43,567 nucleotides of DNA from Escherichia phage IK_ECO1, in sequence record PP975109.1. One strand, 5' to 3'. Shown one piece after another: positions 27,949-36,518 of the stretch. The notes beneath the pieces are model-generated. The model was given only the letters and a program-made list of their open reading frames with translations. It had not been told where the DNA came from and ran no database searches. Position 1 is the stretch's first letter. The number at the start of each line of letters is the position of its first letter. A program made the translations under genes and the position numbers.

Positions 27949-28395
27949 AGTGAGTGCGTAGACCACGGACAGAAGGGAAGCACTTGCCGAGGAAAGGGTG
28001 CTGGATATGGCCGCTCCAGATTTGACGGGGAGACAACTGGCAGCCACCGCAAAGCATACTGTATAGCCCACAACTTGAAGCTGAGCGATATCGCGGGACT
28101 TGTAGTCCGGCATTCGTGCGACAATCCTCGGTGCATAAATCCGGAGCACCTGCTACTAGGGACTTCTAGCGATAATATGCAGGACCGAAATAAAGGTGCG
28201 CGTAATTTACTGGGCAGCCGCAACCCTGCTGCCAGACTTACCCCAGAAGACGTGCACAGCATACGAGAAGCATACGCTGGCGGTGAGACCCAGGTATCTA
28301 TAGCGAGACGCTTCGGGACAAGTCAAGGATACATATCTAATATCATAAAGGGGAGGGTATGGAATGAGCAGAAGCATCCTGATAACGGATTATGA
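27946..28395 (+). CDS. HNH endonuclease, about 149 aa
   Basis: VVRHSCDNPRCINPEHLLLGTSSDNMQDR; ATG 27946 with RBS ggagga; 3' end overlaps the DNA polymerase start by 32 nt. Confidence 0.7.
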   Translation: MSECVDHGQKGSTCRGKGAGYGRSRFDGETTGSHRKAYCIAHNLKLSDIAGLVVRHSCDNPRCINPEHLLLGTSSDNMQDRNKGARNLLGSRNPAARLTPEDVHSIREAYAGGETQVSIARRFGTSQGYISNIIKGRVWNEQKHPDNGL

Positions 28396-30739
28396 GACGC
28401 AAAATCACCCGTATTACGGTAGCGTTGCTTCCCCGTACTGTCCGGATAATTACATCGTAGAATCAGCGTGGCGTATTGACCGCACGCACGATGACGGTAC
28501 GGTAGAAGTAGGCCCCGTAGAGAGTGTACGGTATAACAGTCGCGCGCACTTTGAAGCGGCACCTGTATCAGAATGGCTCCCAATACCAGCTGACTGTTGG
28601 CTGATTGTGGCCCACAACGCCGCATATGAGATTAGCTGGTTCCTAACCTTTGCGCGCGCCGAGTTTGAGGCCTTCCTAAAGCGGGGAGGTCGCGTATTCT
28701 GTACGATGCATTCTGAGTACATCGCCTCGGACTTTCAGAACATGTATCCTTCGCTGGACGAGACGGCTCCTAAGTACGGCGGTACGCACAAAGTAGATGG
28801 GGTTAAGATTCTCTGGGAGCAGGGTGTATTAACCTCCCAGATTGACCCGATGCTGCTGCACGACTACCTAGTTAACGGGGACATCCCGAACACGGCCCTA
28901 TGCTTCTACGGGCAGTGCGCTACGTTCGCCCAGCGTAACCAGATGCAGTACGTGTGGGAACGTATGGATGCCTTACTGGCCTGGGCCTACTGCGAATGGT
29001 TCGGTCTGTTCGTGAACATGCCCATTGCTCGCAAGAACCAAGAAGAGCAGGAACAGCGTATACTGGAGATTAAGAAGGAGCTGCAGCAGTACATCCCGAA
29101 GGACTTGCCGGAAACACTGGATTTCAACTTCGGCTCTGACTTTCATATGTCTGCGCTGGTCTACGGCGGGCCTATCAAGTATCGCAAGAAAGTGCCGTAC
29201 GACCCACCACAGTACGTTAAGTATGATGCGTATCTAGTGCAGGGCACTGACGGGACATTCGTACCATGCGATAGCACAGACGTTTCTGGGCCACATAATT
29301 ACGTAACCTACAAAGCAGGGAAGAACAAGGGCCTGCCAAAAGTGTTCCGAGTGGACACCGACGAGGAGAAACTTAAATGGGAGGATGATCTCTACTTCTG
29401 TCCGGGCCTGGTTAATATCCAAGAACTCCCCGAGGTGCTTCGAGAGAAGTATGCCGAGCGCGGAGAGTTCAGGCAAGCCCGGTGCCTGCAGGATGGGACA
29501 CCAGTCTACAGTACTAGCACCGACGCTATGGAAGCCCTAGCACGTCACGGGTTTGAGTTCTGTCGATTGGTGAACGAGCTAGGCGCTCTGGAGAAGGACA
29601 CGGGAACCTACTACTTAAGGGAGGTTCTTGATTCTGAGGGGCGCGTCAAAGAGCGCAAGGGGATGCTGCAGTATGTAATCCCGGAACGAGAAGATGGTTC
29701 AGGTATTATCCACCACCGTTTGAATACCAGCGCTACTGTGACGGGGCGTTTAAGCAGCTCTAACCCGAACCTGCAGAACCTGCCCCGCCCAGATGAGGAC
29801 GGGGATGGGGTGGCTAAATCCAAGGTGAAGCAGGTATTCACCAGTCGATTCGGCGATAACGGACGCATCACTGAGGTTGACTACTCGGCGCTGGAAGTGG
29901 TTATGTCCTGCGTGCATACGGGTGACAAGAAACTGCTGGGACTGCTGCAGAGTGGTACGGATATGCACTGCTACCGCCTAGCTTTCCGCGAGGAACTGCC
30001 CTATGAAGAAGTATATGAGCGCTGCCACAACAAGAAGCACGAGCTGCATCCGGTTTGGAAGGCAATGCGTACAGGTATTAAGGCTCCTAGCTTTGCAGCC
30101 CAGTATGGCGCTACGGCTAAGGGGATTGCGTTTGCTACTGGATGTACGGTGGAATTTGCACAGGCTTTCTTGGACAATGAGGCTGCGCTGTTCCCGCAAA
30201 CAATTGGCTTCCGCGCTGTTGTCAAGGAAGAGGTAGAGCGTACTGGGGCAGCCGGGCGTATTTATCGGGAACAAGCTGATGATGGTAGCTACCGCATCTA
30301 TCGCATTGGCACCTGGACCAGCCCAGCTGGTGCACGGTACAGCTTCCGCCAGAAGGAGCAGTGGAAGGAAGTAGTACCTGGCCAGCGCAAACAAAAGGTG
30401 ATGGACTACAAAGAAACTGAGATGGCTAACTACTGGTGTCAGGGTGAGGCATTCTTCCTGATGGCAGTAGCAGCTGGCATGGTTCTGCGTGCAATGCTGG
30501 CGCGTGATTGGTTCGATAACCAGGTGTGTTTGATTACGAACGTGCACGATGCGTTGTATCTGGATAGTGCTAATCCAGAAGTAGGCAGAGAAGCGAGCTT
30601 GTTGGTCAAGCAGTGTATGGAGGATGCGCCTAAGCGTATCCACCAGCTCTGGCCTAACTACGGCATCATTGGCGAGGTCCCGTTCCCAGCGGAAGCTGAA
30701 ATGGGTACGAGTATGTACAGCAAGGAGAAAGTAGAATGA
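28364..30739 (+). CDS. DNA polymerase, family A (T7 gp5-like) with 3'-5' exonuclease domain, 791 aa
   Basis: Exo I motif ITDYETQ; Pol I motif TGRLSSSNPNLQNLP; motif C-like NVHDALY. Confidence 0.85.
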   Translation: MSRSILITDYETQNHPYYGSVASPYCPDNYIVESAWRIDRTHDDGTVEVGPVESVRYNSRAHFEAAPVSEWLPIPADCWLIVAHNAAYEISWFLTFARAEFEAFLKRGGRVFCTMHSEYIASDFQNMYPSLDETAPKYGGTHKVDGVKILWEQGVLTSQIDPMLLHDYLVNGDIPNTALCFYGQCATFAQRNQMQYVWERMDALLAWAYCEWFGLFVNMPIARKNQEEQEQRILEIKKELQQYIPKDLPETLDFNFGSDFHMSALVYGGPIKYRKKVPYDPPQYVKYDAYLVQGTDGTFVPCDSTDVSGPHNYVTYKAGKNKGLPKVFRVDTDEEKLKWEDDLYFCPGLVNIQELPEVLREKYAERGEFRQARCLQDGTPVYSTSTDAMEALARHGFEFCRLVNELGALEKDTGTYYLREVLDSEGRVKERKGMLQYVIPEREDGSGIIHHRLNTSATVTGRLSSSNPNLQNLPRPDEDGDGVAKSKVKQVFTSRFGDNGRITEVDYSALEVVMSCVHTGDKKLLGLLQSGTDMHCYRLAFREELPYEEVYERCHNKKHELHPVWKAMRTGIKAPSFAAQYGATAKGIAFATGCTVEFAQAFLDNEAALFPQTIGFRAVVKEEVERTGAAGRIYREQADDGSYRIYRIGTWTSPAGARYSFRQKEQWKEVVPGQRKQKVMDYKETEMANYWCQGEAFFLMAVAAGMVLRAMLARDWFDNQVCLITNVHDALYLDSANPEVGREASLLVKQCMEDAPKRIHQLWPNYGIIGEVPFPAEAEMGTSMYSKEKVE

Positions 30740-30957
30740 CCATTAAACCGGGTAGTATTGTGGAAATAATTGGGCTTGGGCCGGAACCCTTAGAGCCTAG
30801 ACATCGTGACTACTTTGCACCGGGTACTCAGCATCGAGTGATATCTTATGACCCTGAACTTTGGGAGGTGGAGTTAATGAATCCAGACAATAATTCAGAG
30901 AAGCCTGGAGATGGTATTACCTTCTTCTCTGGAGAGTACAAACTTGTAGCGGAGTGA
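30736..30957 (+). CDS. Hypothetical protein, 73 aa, small barrel-like
   Basis: ATGA overlap with polymerase stop; N-terminus IKPGSIVEII. Confidence 0.4.
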   Translation: MTIKPGSIVEIIGLGPEPLEPRHRDYFAPGTQHRVISYDPELWEVELMNPDNNSEKPGDGITFFSGEYKLVAE

Positions 30958-31080
30958 TGATAGGTGGACCCTTGGGTGGTGTAGGGGGTTAGGGTAACAT
31001 GAGAATTAGCTGGGGTCAAGCAGATAATTAAATAAAATTATTTGTTGACTCTGGCTTGATTTTGTGATTCACAGAGAATT

Positions 31081-31099
31081 AATGTGATACGAGTAGGAA
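31081..31099 (+). promoter_or_regulatory. Variant of the repeated motif (aatgtgatacgagtaggaa), 20 nt upstream of the HNH gene at 31119; candidate phage RNAP promoter
   Basis: 16 of 19 positions match aatgttacaggagtaggaa; lies in an AT-rich intergenic segment. Confidence 0.3.
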
Positions 31100-31118
31100 C
31101 AACATAAGAGGATACCAA

Positions 31119-31553
31119 ATGTCGATGTGCATTGACCATGGGTATACCAAATGCCTTAATAAGAATGGGTACCGCCGGGCATGGTATAAGCCAACTAAGC
31201 GATTAGAGCTTCTGCACCGAGTGGTGTACGCTGAGCATAATGGGATAGATATAGGGGAGATGGCCGGGCTGTCTGTTAGACACACCTGCGATAACCCTAG
31301 GTGCATTAATCCAGAGCACTTAGTGCTGGGGACGCACTTAGATAATATGAACGACCGTGCAGAACGTGGGAGGAACCCGGATGTACGGGGAGAGCGGAAC
31401 CCAAAAGCACTGCTATCTTGGGAGGCCGTGCGGGATATTAGGGCCAACTATGTCCCGTACAAGAAAGGTGTGCGGCAACACTTTGCTAATAAGTATGGTG
31501 TGGGTGTACATGTAATTAGTGACGTAATAAGTAACAGGAGCTGGAATGCCTAA
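31119..31553 (+). CDS. HNH endonuclease, 144 aa (paralog of 27946 gene)
   Basis: SVRHTCDNPRCINPEHLVLGTHLDNMNDR, near-identical core to the 27946 protein; AT-rich codon usage. Confidence 0.7.
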   Translation: MSMCIDHGYTKCLNKNGYRRAWYKPTKRLELLHRVVYAEHNGIDIGEMAGLSVRHTCDNPRCINPEHLVLGTHLDNMNDRAERGRNPDVRGERNPKALLSWEAVRDIRANYVPYKKGVRQHFANKYGVGVHVISDVISNRSWNA

Positions 31554-32526
31554 GTTAAACACAATAAAGTTATTCACCAAAGAGCAACACGTAGATATCT
31601 TAAGCAAGCACAGTTCTAACGTGGACGCTGCGGCTGCTTACAATAAGCTTGCGGGATTAAGCGAGCCAGTGGTGTACCGCCAGATGGTTAAGTATTGGCG
31701 CAGCATCTTCCTAGACCATGGTGGTAGCAAGGGTAAGGCTGTGTCACATATGAAGGAAGCATTAAAGCTCATACAGCCAAGTCCGACTGATGACTTAGGT
31801 AAAACCTTTGTACCAGAGGTATGTCACCGCATCTTAGTGGTGGGGGATCTGCACGCCCCTTACACCCACATAGACGCTATGGACTTCTTAGAGTCTGTCC
31901 GAGACACTTACTGCCCGGACATGGTTGTACAGGTTGGGGATGAAACTGATGGGCATGCTATTTCGTTTCACGAAAGCAATCCGAACCTGGATAGCGCTGG
32001 GGTGGAGTTAGAGAAAGCCAAGCTCGTGCTGGAGGAGCTGTATGAACTATTCCCGAACCTACTGGTTTGCGATTCCAATCACGGGAGTCTGGTGTATCGC
32101 CGCGCCAAGGCTCACGGTTTACCAGTACAGTTCATTAAGAAATATCGGGACATTCTGTTCCCCGAACATGGTGCGCCTGCATGGTCGTGGGCTGACGCTT
32201 GGGTACTTAACACCCCTCTCGGCCCTGTACGTTTCCAGCACCAAGTTAGTGGTGACTTCATGCTTAACGCTTCCCACGAACGTACAAGCCTCGTCCTCGG
32301 TCATGAACATGGGCGCTTCGAGGTTCAGTATGCAGCATCAAGCACCGCTCTTTACTTCGGGGCATACGCCGGGTGCTTGATTGACCGCAAGAGTATGGCC
32401 TTTGCATACGGCAGACTCTCCCGCAAGAAACCAATCCTGGGTGTGCTGGTAATCACCGAGGGTTGCCCGCAATTAATTCCGATGCTGCTCGACGAAGATG
32501 GTCGTTGGGTTGGTCGTTCTAAATAA
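31546..32526 (+). CDS. Putative calcineurin-like metallophosphoesterase, 326 aa
   Basis: Motif order GDLHAPY, GDETDGH, CDSNHGS, LGHEHG resembles the metallophosphatase signature; read by eye. Confidence 0.45.
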   Translation: MPKLNTIKLFTKEQHVDILSKHSSNVDAAAAYNKLAGLSEPVVYRQMVKYWRSIFLDHGGSKGKAVSHMKEALKLIQPSPTDDLGKTFVPEVCHRILVVGDLHAPYTHIDAMDFLESVRDTYCPDMVVQVGDETDGHAISFHESNPNLDSAGVELEKAKLVLEELYELFPNLLVCDSNHGSLVYRRAKAHGLPVQFIKKYRDILFPEHGAPAWSWADAWVLNTPLGPVRFQHQVSGDFMLNASHERTSLVLGHEHGRFEVQYAASSTALYFGAYAGCLIDRKSMAFAYGRLSRKKPILGVLVITEGCPQLIPMLLDEDGRWVGRSK

Positions 32527-32539
32527 TAGAGAGGTAGTG

Positions 32540-32704
32540 ATGAAAATGGGAATCTGTTCTGTACTGGGCCTCATCTTCGTAACCCTGAAACTGACTGGAG
32601 TTATCGCCTGGTCTTGGCTGTGGGTGCTGCTCCCGTTCTGGGGCCCTGCTGCGCTGGCTGTAATCCTGGTGTTCGTTGCCGCCGCCGTCGCTTCAAAACG
32701 CTAA
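32540..32704 (+). CDS. Small membrane protein, 54 aa, two hydrophobic helices
   Basis: ATG 32540 after RBS gagg; sequence MKMGICSVLGLIFVTLKLTGVIAWSWLWVLLPFWGPAALAVILVFVAAAVA. Confidence 0.4.
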   Translation: MKMGICSVLGLIFVTLKLTGVIAWSWLWVLLPFWGPAALAVILVFVAAAVASKR

Positions 32705-32755
32705 GCCCTGCATCTGCACGTAAATATTATTTGAACTAAACGAGGACATAATTAT

Positions 32756-33589
32756 ATGACTATGAATGCACTGGACACTCTGAACTCCCTGGTAGCTGCT
32801 GCGATTGAAACGCAGGATGTTGATATGACTGAAACCTCACAGGGTGGTGCGTACGAGGATGTACTGCTGCCGAAGGGTGAGTACTATGGCTACTTCACCG
32901 AGTATGTGGAAATTGGTAAACGCCTACCGACTAAGGGTGGTAAACCTACGGGTAAGCCCGCCGCAGCGAATGTGCGTATCGGGATTGTGGTGTATGGCCC
33001 GAACGGTGAGGTGAAGCGTATCCGTCCGTATCCGATGACTATCAGCAACTTTGAGCGCGCTGGCTTCAAGAAGTTCTTCGACAAACTCAACTATGATGGC
33101 AGCATTAAGCACGCTGCGCAGCGACTGGGACAGGCGTTCGTATTCCCAGTGGATGAGCACACCAGCACGGCAGGTAAGAAGTCTAACATTGTAGACCTCG
33201 CAGCAATCCGTCCGATTCCGAAGTTCGACCCGAATACCGGCGAGCCGATTAAAATGCCTGAGCTGGATGCTTCCGAGATTAAGCTGTTCTTGTGGAACAA
33301 TCCGACCAAAGAAACCTGGGATAGCTTGTATATCGAAGGGACCAAGGATGATGGTAAGAGTAAAAACTGGATTCAGGAGGACATGTACAAGGCCGTAGAC
33401 TTCCCAGGCAGTGCGTTGGATATTATGCTGAATGCTGGTTCGGTTCCGAGTCCCCAGTCTATGCAGGCCCCAGCCACCCCGGCTGCGCCCACTGCACCAG
33501 CGGCACCAAGCGCCCCTGTAGCACCAGCAGCGCCAGTGGCTCCAGCGGCCCCTGTAGCGCCTGTAGCGCCTGCTGCACCGCAAGCCTAA
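32756..33589 (+). CDS. Hypothetical protein, 277 aa, C-terminal Pro/Ala-rich repeat tail; possible DNA-binding protein
   Basis: ORF with RBS gagga; C-terminus APATPAAPTAPAAPSAPVAPAAPVAPAAPVAPVAPAAPQA; function not assignable. Confidence 0.4.
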   Translation: MTMNALDTLNSLVAAAIETQDVDMTETSQGGAYEDVLLPKGEYYGYFTEYVEIGKRLPTKGGKPTGKPAAANVRIGIVVYGPNGEVKRIRPYPMTISNFERAGFKKFFDKLNYDGSIKHAAQRLGQAFVFPVDEHTSTAGKKSNIVDLAAIRPIPKFDPNTGEPIKMPELDASEIKLFLWNNPTKETWDSLYIEGTKDDGKSKNWIQEDMYKAVDFPGSALDIMLNAGSVPSPQSMQAPATPAAPTAPAAPSAPVAPAAPVAPAAPVAPVAPAAPQA

Positions 33590-33612
33590 GCAACCCTATT
33601 ACTAACTAATAC

Positions 33613-33628
33613 GGCCCCGCCTGGGGCC
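33613..33628 (+). other. GC hairpin ggcccc-gcct-ggggcc in intergenic spacer
   Basis: Perfect 6-bp stem, 4-nt loop; no T-run. Confidence 0.3.
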
Positions 33629-33641
33629 TTAGAGGAAGCCT

Positions 33642-33896
33642 ATGAATATCATCAAGATTCTCACCAAACTCCTGAGTGCAGCTTATACAGCAGAAGCTAA
33701 ACGTGCTGACGCTAAGGCACAACTGAATGAGCAGTTGTCGATTAAGTTTGCAGATGATGCGGTGCGCCTGGCGGCACAATCCGAGGCACGAGTAGAAGAC
33801 TCCAAACGCAGCAAAGCTGAAGCGGCTAAGTGCGCTGAACAGGCTGATAAACTGCGCGCTAAGCGTGATGAAGTAGTAAACTTTCTGGGGGTATGA
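33642..33896 (+). CDS. Hypothetical protein, 84 aa, predicted helical and charged
   Basis: RBS-like gaggaag upstream. Confidence 0.4.
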   Translation: MNIIKILTKLLSAAYTAEAKRADAKAQLNEQLSIKFADDAVRLAAQSEARVEDSKRSKAEAAKCAEQADKLRAKRDEVVNFLGV

Positions 33897-33899
33897 TTG

Positions 33900-34277
33900 A
33901 TGGATAAAGTACTAGATGCATACAAGAAGCTGGCCATTGCGGTCAGCGGCGCAGTTCACGATGCTACGATGGCAGATGCAGTGCGCATATACCGCCTTTG
34001 CGATGTTTATGACGCCCTGGACAAGCTCGCAGCCCTATATGGCATGGACCTGGAGCTGGCTGCCACCGCCTTCAAGGAGCACAATGACCTGGCGGCACAT
34101 GCCGATAAGTTACGAGGCGACGACCTAGTGCTTATTCGTGTAGTGGGTACACTTAGTATTGGTCTGGCGGAGATTGGTTCTTGTATCTATGACGTAGACC
34201 AGAGCCTGCGTACGCCGGAAGTAATCGGGGACATGCTTGGTACCGTGCTGGTGCTGTCTGAACTGGAGGGTAAATGA
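33900..34277 (+). CDS. Hypothetical protein, 125 aa
   Basis: ATG 33900 directly after upstream stop; track start is TTG 33897. Confidence 0.4.
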   Translation: MDKVLDAYKKLAIAVSGAVHDATMADAVRIYRLCDVYDALDKLAALYGMDLELAATAFKEHNDLAAHADKLRGDDLVLIRVVGTLSIGLAEIGSCIYDVDQSLRTPEVIGDMLGTVLVLSELEGK

Positions 34278-34438
34278 TGCGTAAAGTTATATCCTACATA
34301 TTCTTATTTCCCGCACTAGCGTTACTTGCAATTGGTTTGACGTTAATGGCGCTGGCGCTTAGTGTGGCAGGGGGCGCAAAGGGCGTGTCTGTGTTAACTC
34401 GTGCAATCCGTGCTTTTACTGATCACTTAAAGGTGTAG
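34274..34438 (+). CDS. Small membrane protein, 54 aa
   Basis: Overlaps upstream stop; hydrophobic core ISYIFLFPALALLAIGLTLMALALSVAG; below track threshold. Confidence 0.3.
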   Translation: MMRKVISYIFLFPALALLAIGLTLMALALSVAGGAKGVSVLTRAIRAFTDHLKV

Positions 34439-34441
34439 AGC

Positions 34442-34603
34442 ATGCGTAACTTCTTTGCGAAATCATTTTACTTCCTGTTAGTAGCCCCTCTAATTCCAGT
34501 GGCTATCCTGTGCTGGGTGTTTGAGAAGGTAGAGAACAGCAAGGCGCTCGCTGCATGGGAATCCTGGGCGCGTAAGTTAACTAATAAGGTTACGGGGGTC
34601 TAA
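34442..34603 (+). CDS. Small membrane protein, 53 aa
   Basis: Hydrophobic segment FYFLLVAPLIPVAILCWVF; stop overlaps next start. Confidence 0.3.
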   Translation: MRNFFAKSFYFLLVAPLIPVAILCWVFEKVENSKALAAWESWARKLTNKVTGV

Positions 34604-35571
34604 TGATTATCAATGGGGTTGACTTGTCCCAGCTCGGGGAGCAGTTAGCTCCGCAGAACTCTGGGAAGATTCTGCTGTACGATGCAGATTTCACAGTTTA
34701 TAAATCTGCTGCTACAGTGAAACGTTTGGACACCGCGATACGCCGCTTCTATCAGCTGCTGCTTGAGGACATGTTCCTGGTCGGTTGCTCTGAAGCAGTG
34801 GCGTATCTAACGCCCACAGGCTGTGCTAAGTGCTTACGCTGGCACCTGCCTACGGCTAAACCCTACCAGGGGCAGCGCGCTAACCGGCAGGAACTACCAC
34901 TGAAGGCGCCTTTGAAGCGGCACCTGATTGATAATCCGGACCAATATTCTGAGCAGGGTATCCAGGTAGTTAGTAGTGACTTCTTCGAGGCGGATGATCT
35001 GTTCATAATGGATTCGTACGCCTTCAAGGAGCGTGGCATACTGATGTCACAGGATAAAGATTCCTGGCTCAGTCCTATGGCTAGGTTTGATATCCCAACA
35101 GGTACAGTGTGGCCTGCACTAGAAGACCCATTCGGATGGATTAAATGGGACGATACCCAGGCTATGCCGGTACGGGCACACGGATTGAAGTTCTTCTGGT
35201 GGCAGATGCTAGCAGGGGATGACGCAGATAACGTAAAAGGCATCACATTGCTTGATGGGAAGCCCTGTGGCAAGCGAACAGCCTTTGATGCTATCTACCC
35301 TATTACCTCAGAGCAGGACGCCGCAGAATTCGTTGTAGCGGCTTATGCTAGAAACAATCAAGATGTACTCGCAGAGGCTGAATGCCTGTTCCTGCGACGC
35401 TCCCAATCGGATTCTGCCTATCAGTATCTGATGTCACTGTTGACTACTCCCAGTCTACGTGACTGGGTGCAGTCGCTGCACGAGTACCATAAACAGCACA
35501 TACAGTGGATACAGGAGCACCCAGACAATGGCGAAGATGTCTGCGAAGGAAATGAGCCTGCGGGCGATTGA
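34603..35571 (+). CDS. 5'-3' exonuclease (FEN / T7 gp6-like), 322 aa
   Basis: Acidic clusters LLYDADFTV, FEADDLFIMD and GDDADNVKGI typical of FEN-family metal sites. Confidence 0.6.
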   Translation: MIINGVDLSQLGEQLAPQNSGKILLYDADFTVYKSAATVKRLDTAIRRFYQLLLEDMFLVGCSEAVAYLTPTGCAKCLRWHLPTAKPYQGQRANRQELPLKAPLKRHLIDNPDQYSEQGIQVVSSDFFEADDLFIMDSYAFKERGILMSQDKDSWLSPMARFDIPTGTVWPALEDPFGWIKWDDTQAMPVRAHGLKFFWWQMLAGDDADNVKGITLLDGKPCGKRTAFDAIYPITSEQDAAEFVVAAYARNNQDVLAEAECLFLRRSQSDSAYQYLMSLLTTPSLRDWVQSLHEYHKQHIQWIQEHPDNGEDVCEGNEPAGD

Positions 35572-35731
35572 GTTATACTATGAGGGGAAACATGATGAAC
35601 TTGAAACTATTCTGGACGCGTTGCGTGAACGAGCACCCAAAACACATCGAAGAACAGTTGAGCATTTGGATTCTCTCATTCACGACAATGCTCTGCTGGA
35701 TGTAGTAGGGGAGATTGAACTGTGGCCCTGA
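35528..35731 (+). CDS. Hypothetical protein, 68 aa
   Basis: ATG 35528 in the track ORF 35459-35731; overlaps exonuclease 3' end in another frame. Confidence 0.3.
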   Translation: MAKMSAKEMSLRAIELYYEGKHDELETILDALRERAPKTHRRTVEHLDSLIHDNALLDVVGEIELWP

Positions 35732-36144
35732 GAAAGATTACACGTGCCCAGATTCGCTCTGTGGCTATTAAGCTTGCCAAGGACCAGGGAGGCGTATGCC
35801 TCCTTTGTGGCAAACCTTTGGACTTCACAATCAAGGGGGTAACTGGTGATTCTGTTGTCGTTGACCACGATCATATTACTGGGCGTATTCGGGGTGCTCT
35901 TCATCGCTCGTGCAATGGAGGGGAAGGCAAAGTGGCATCTGCCGCTGGGCGCTGGATTGTTGGTAGCATGCAATCTTCTAGGGCTATTGCTGAATCTCTA
36001 CGTAGGGTCGCCGATTACCTAGACCGCGAACCTACGGATATGCTATACTATACGCACAAGACGCCGGAAGAACTAGCACAGGCACAGAAGCTCAAGGCCC
36101 GCAAGGCCCGGGCACGACGTAAAGCACGGGAGATTATTAAATGA
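35722..36144 (+). CDS. Endonuclease VII-family Holliday-junction resolvase, 140 aa
   Basis: CLLCGK…VVVDHDHITGRIRGALHRSCN matches the endo VII zinc/HNH-like signature; GTG start. Confidence 0.7.
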   Translation: MALRKITRAQIRSVAIKLAKDQGGVCLLCGKPLDFTIKGVTGDSVVVDHDHITGRIRGALHRSCNGGEGKVASAAGRWIVGSMQSSRAIAESLRRVADYLDREPTDMLYYTHKTPEELAQAQKLKARKARARRKAREIIK

Positions 36145-36377
36145 GTGATGTAGTAAACTCACCTAAGCACTATCAGTTCTTCCCGGACCTGGAGGCAATC
36201 GAGGTGATCGCACGCAGTATGACGCAAGAGCAGTTCTACGGATACTGCTTAGGTAACAGATTAAAATACAGACTGCGCGCCGGGAACAAGGATAAGCTAG
36301 AGCAGGATATTGCTAAGTCTGACAAGTACTTAGAGTTGTATGGGCAGCACAAAGGGGAGTGTATTGACACCGAGTGA
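36141..36377 (+). CDS. DUF3310-family protein, 78 aa
   Basis: NSPKHYQFFPDLEAIEVI … GNRLKYRLRAGNKDKLEQDIAKSDKYL matches the conserved DUF3310 pattern; ATGA overlap. Confidence 0.55.
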   Translation: MSDVVNSPKHYQFFPDLEAIEVIARSMTQEQFYGYCLGNRLKYRLRAGNKDKLEQDIAKSDKYLELYGQHKGECIDTE

Positions 36378-36518
36378 GTGGTGTCACTGGATGTGGCAGA
36401 AAGCAATAGAGCGGGGTGATGAAAGCTCCGCTAATGACTACCTGGAGATGTACAATCTCTGGTTAAGTCGAAACCAGTAATTAGAAATACCGGACATAAC
36501 CAAGGAGATTAAGCGCCT

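Noticed and set aside
30958-31118. Sigma70 promoter in the AT-rich spacer before the third HNH gene (TTGACT at 31046)
   Set aside because: No acceptable -10 hexamer at 16-18 nt spacing; the promoter-like 19-mer variant at 31081 is the better-supported signal.
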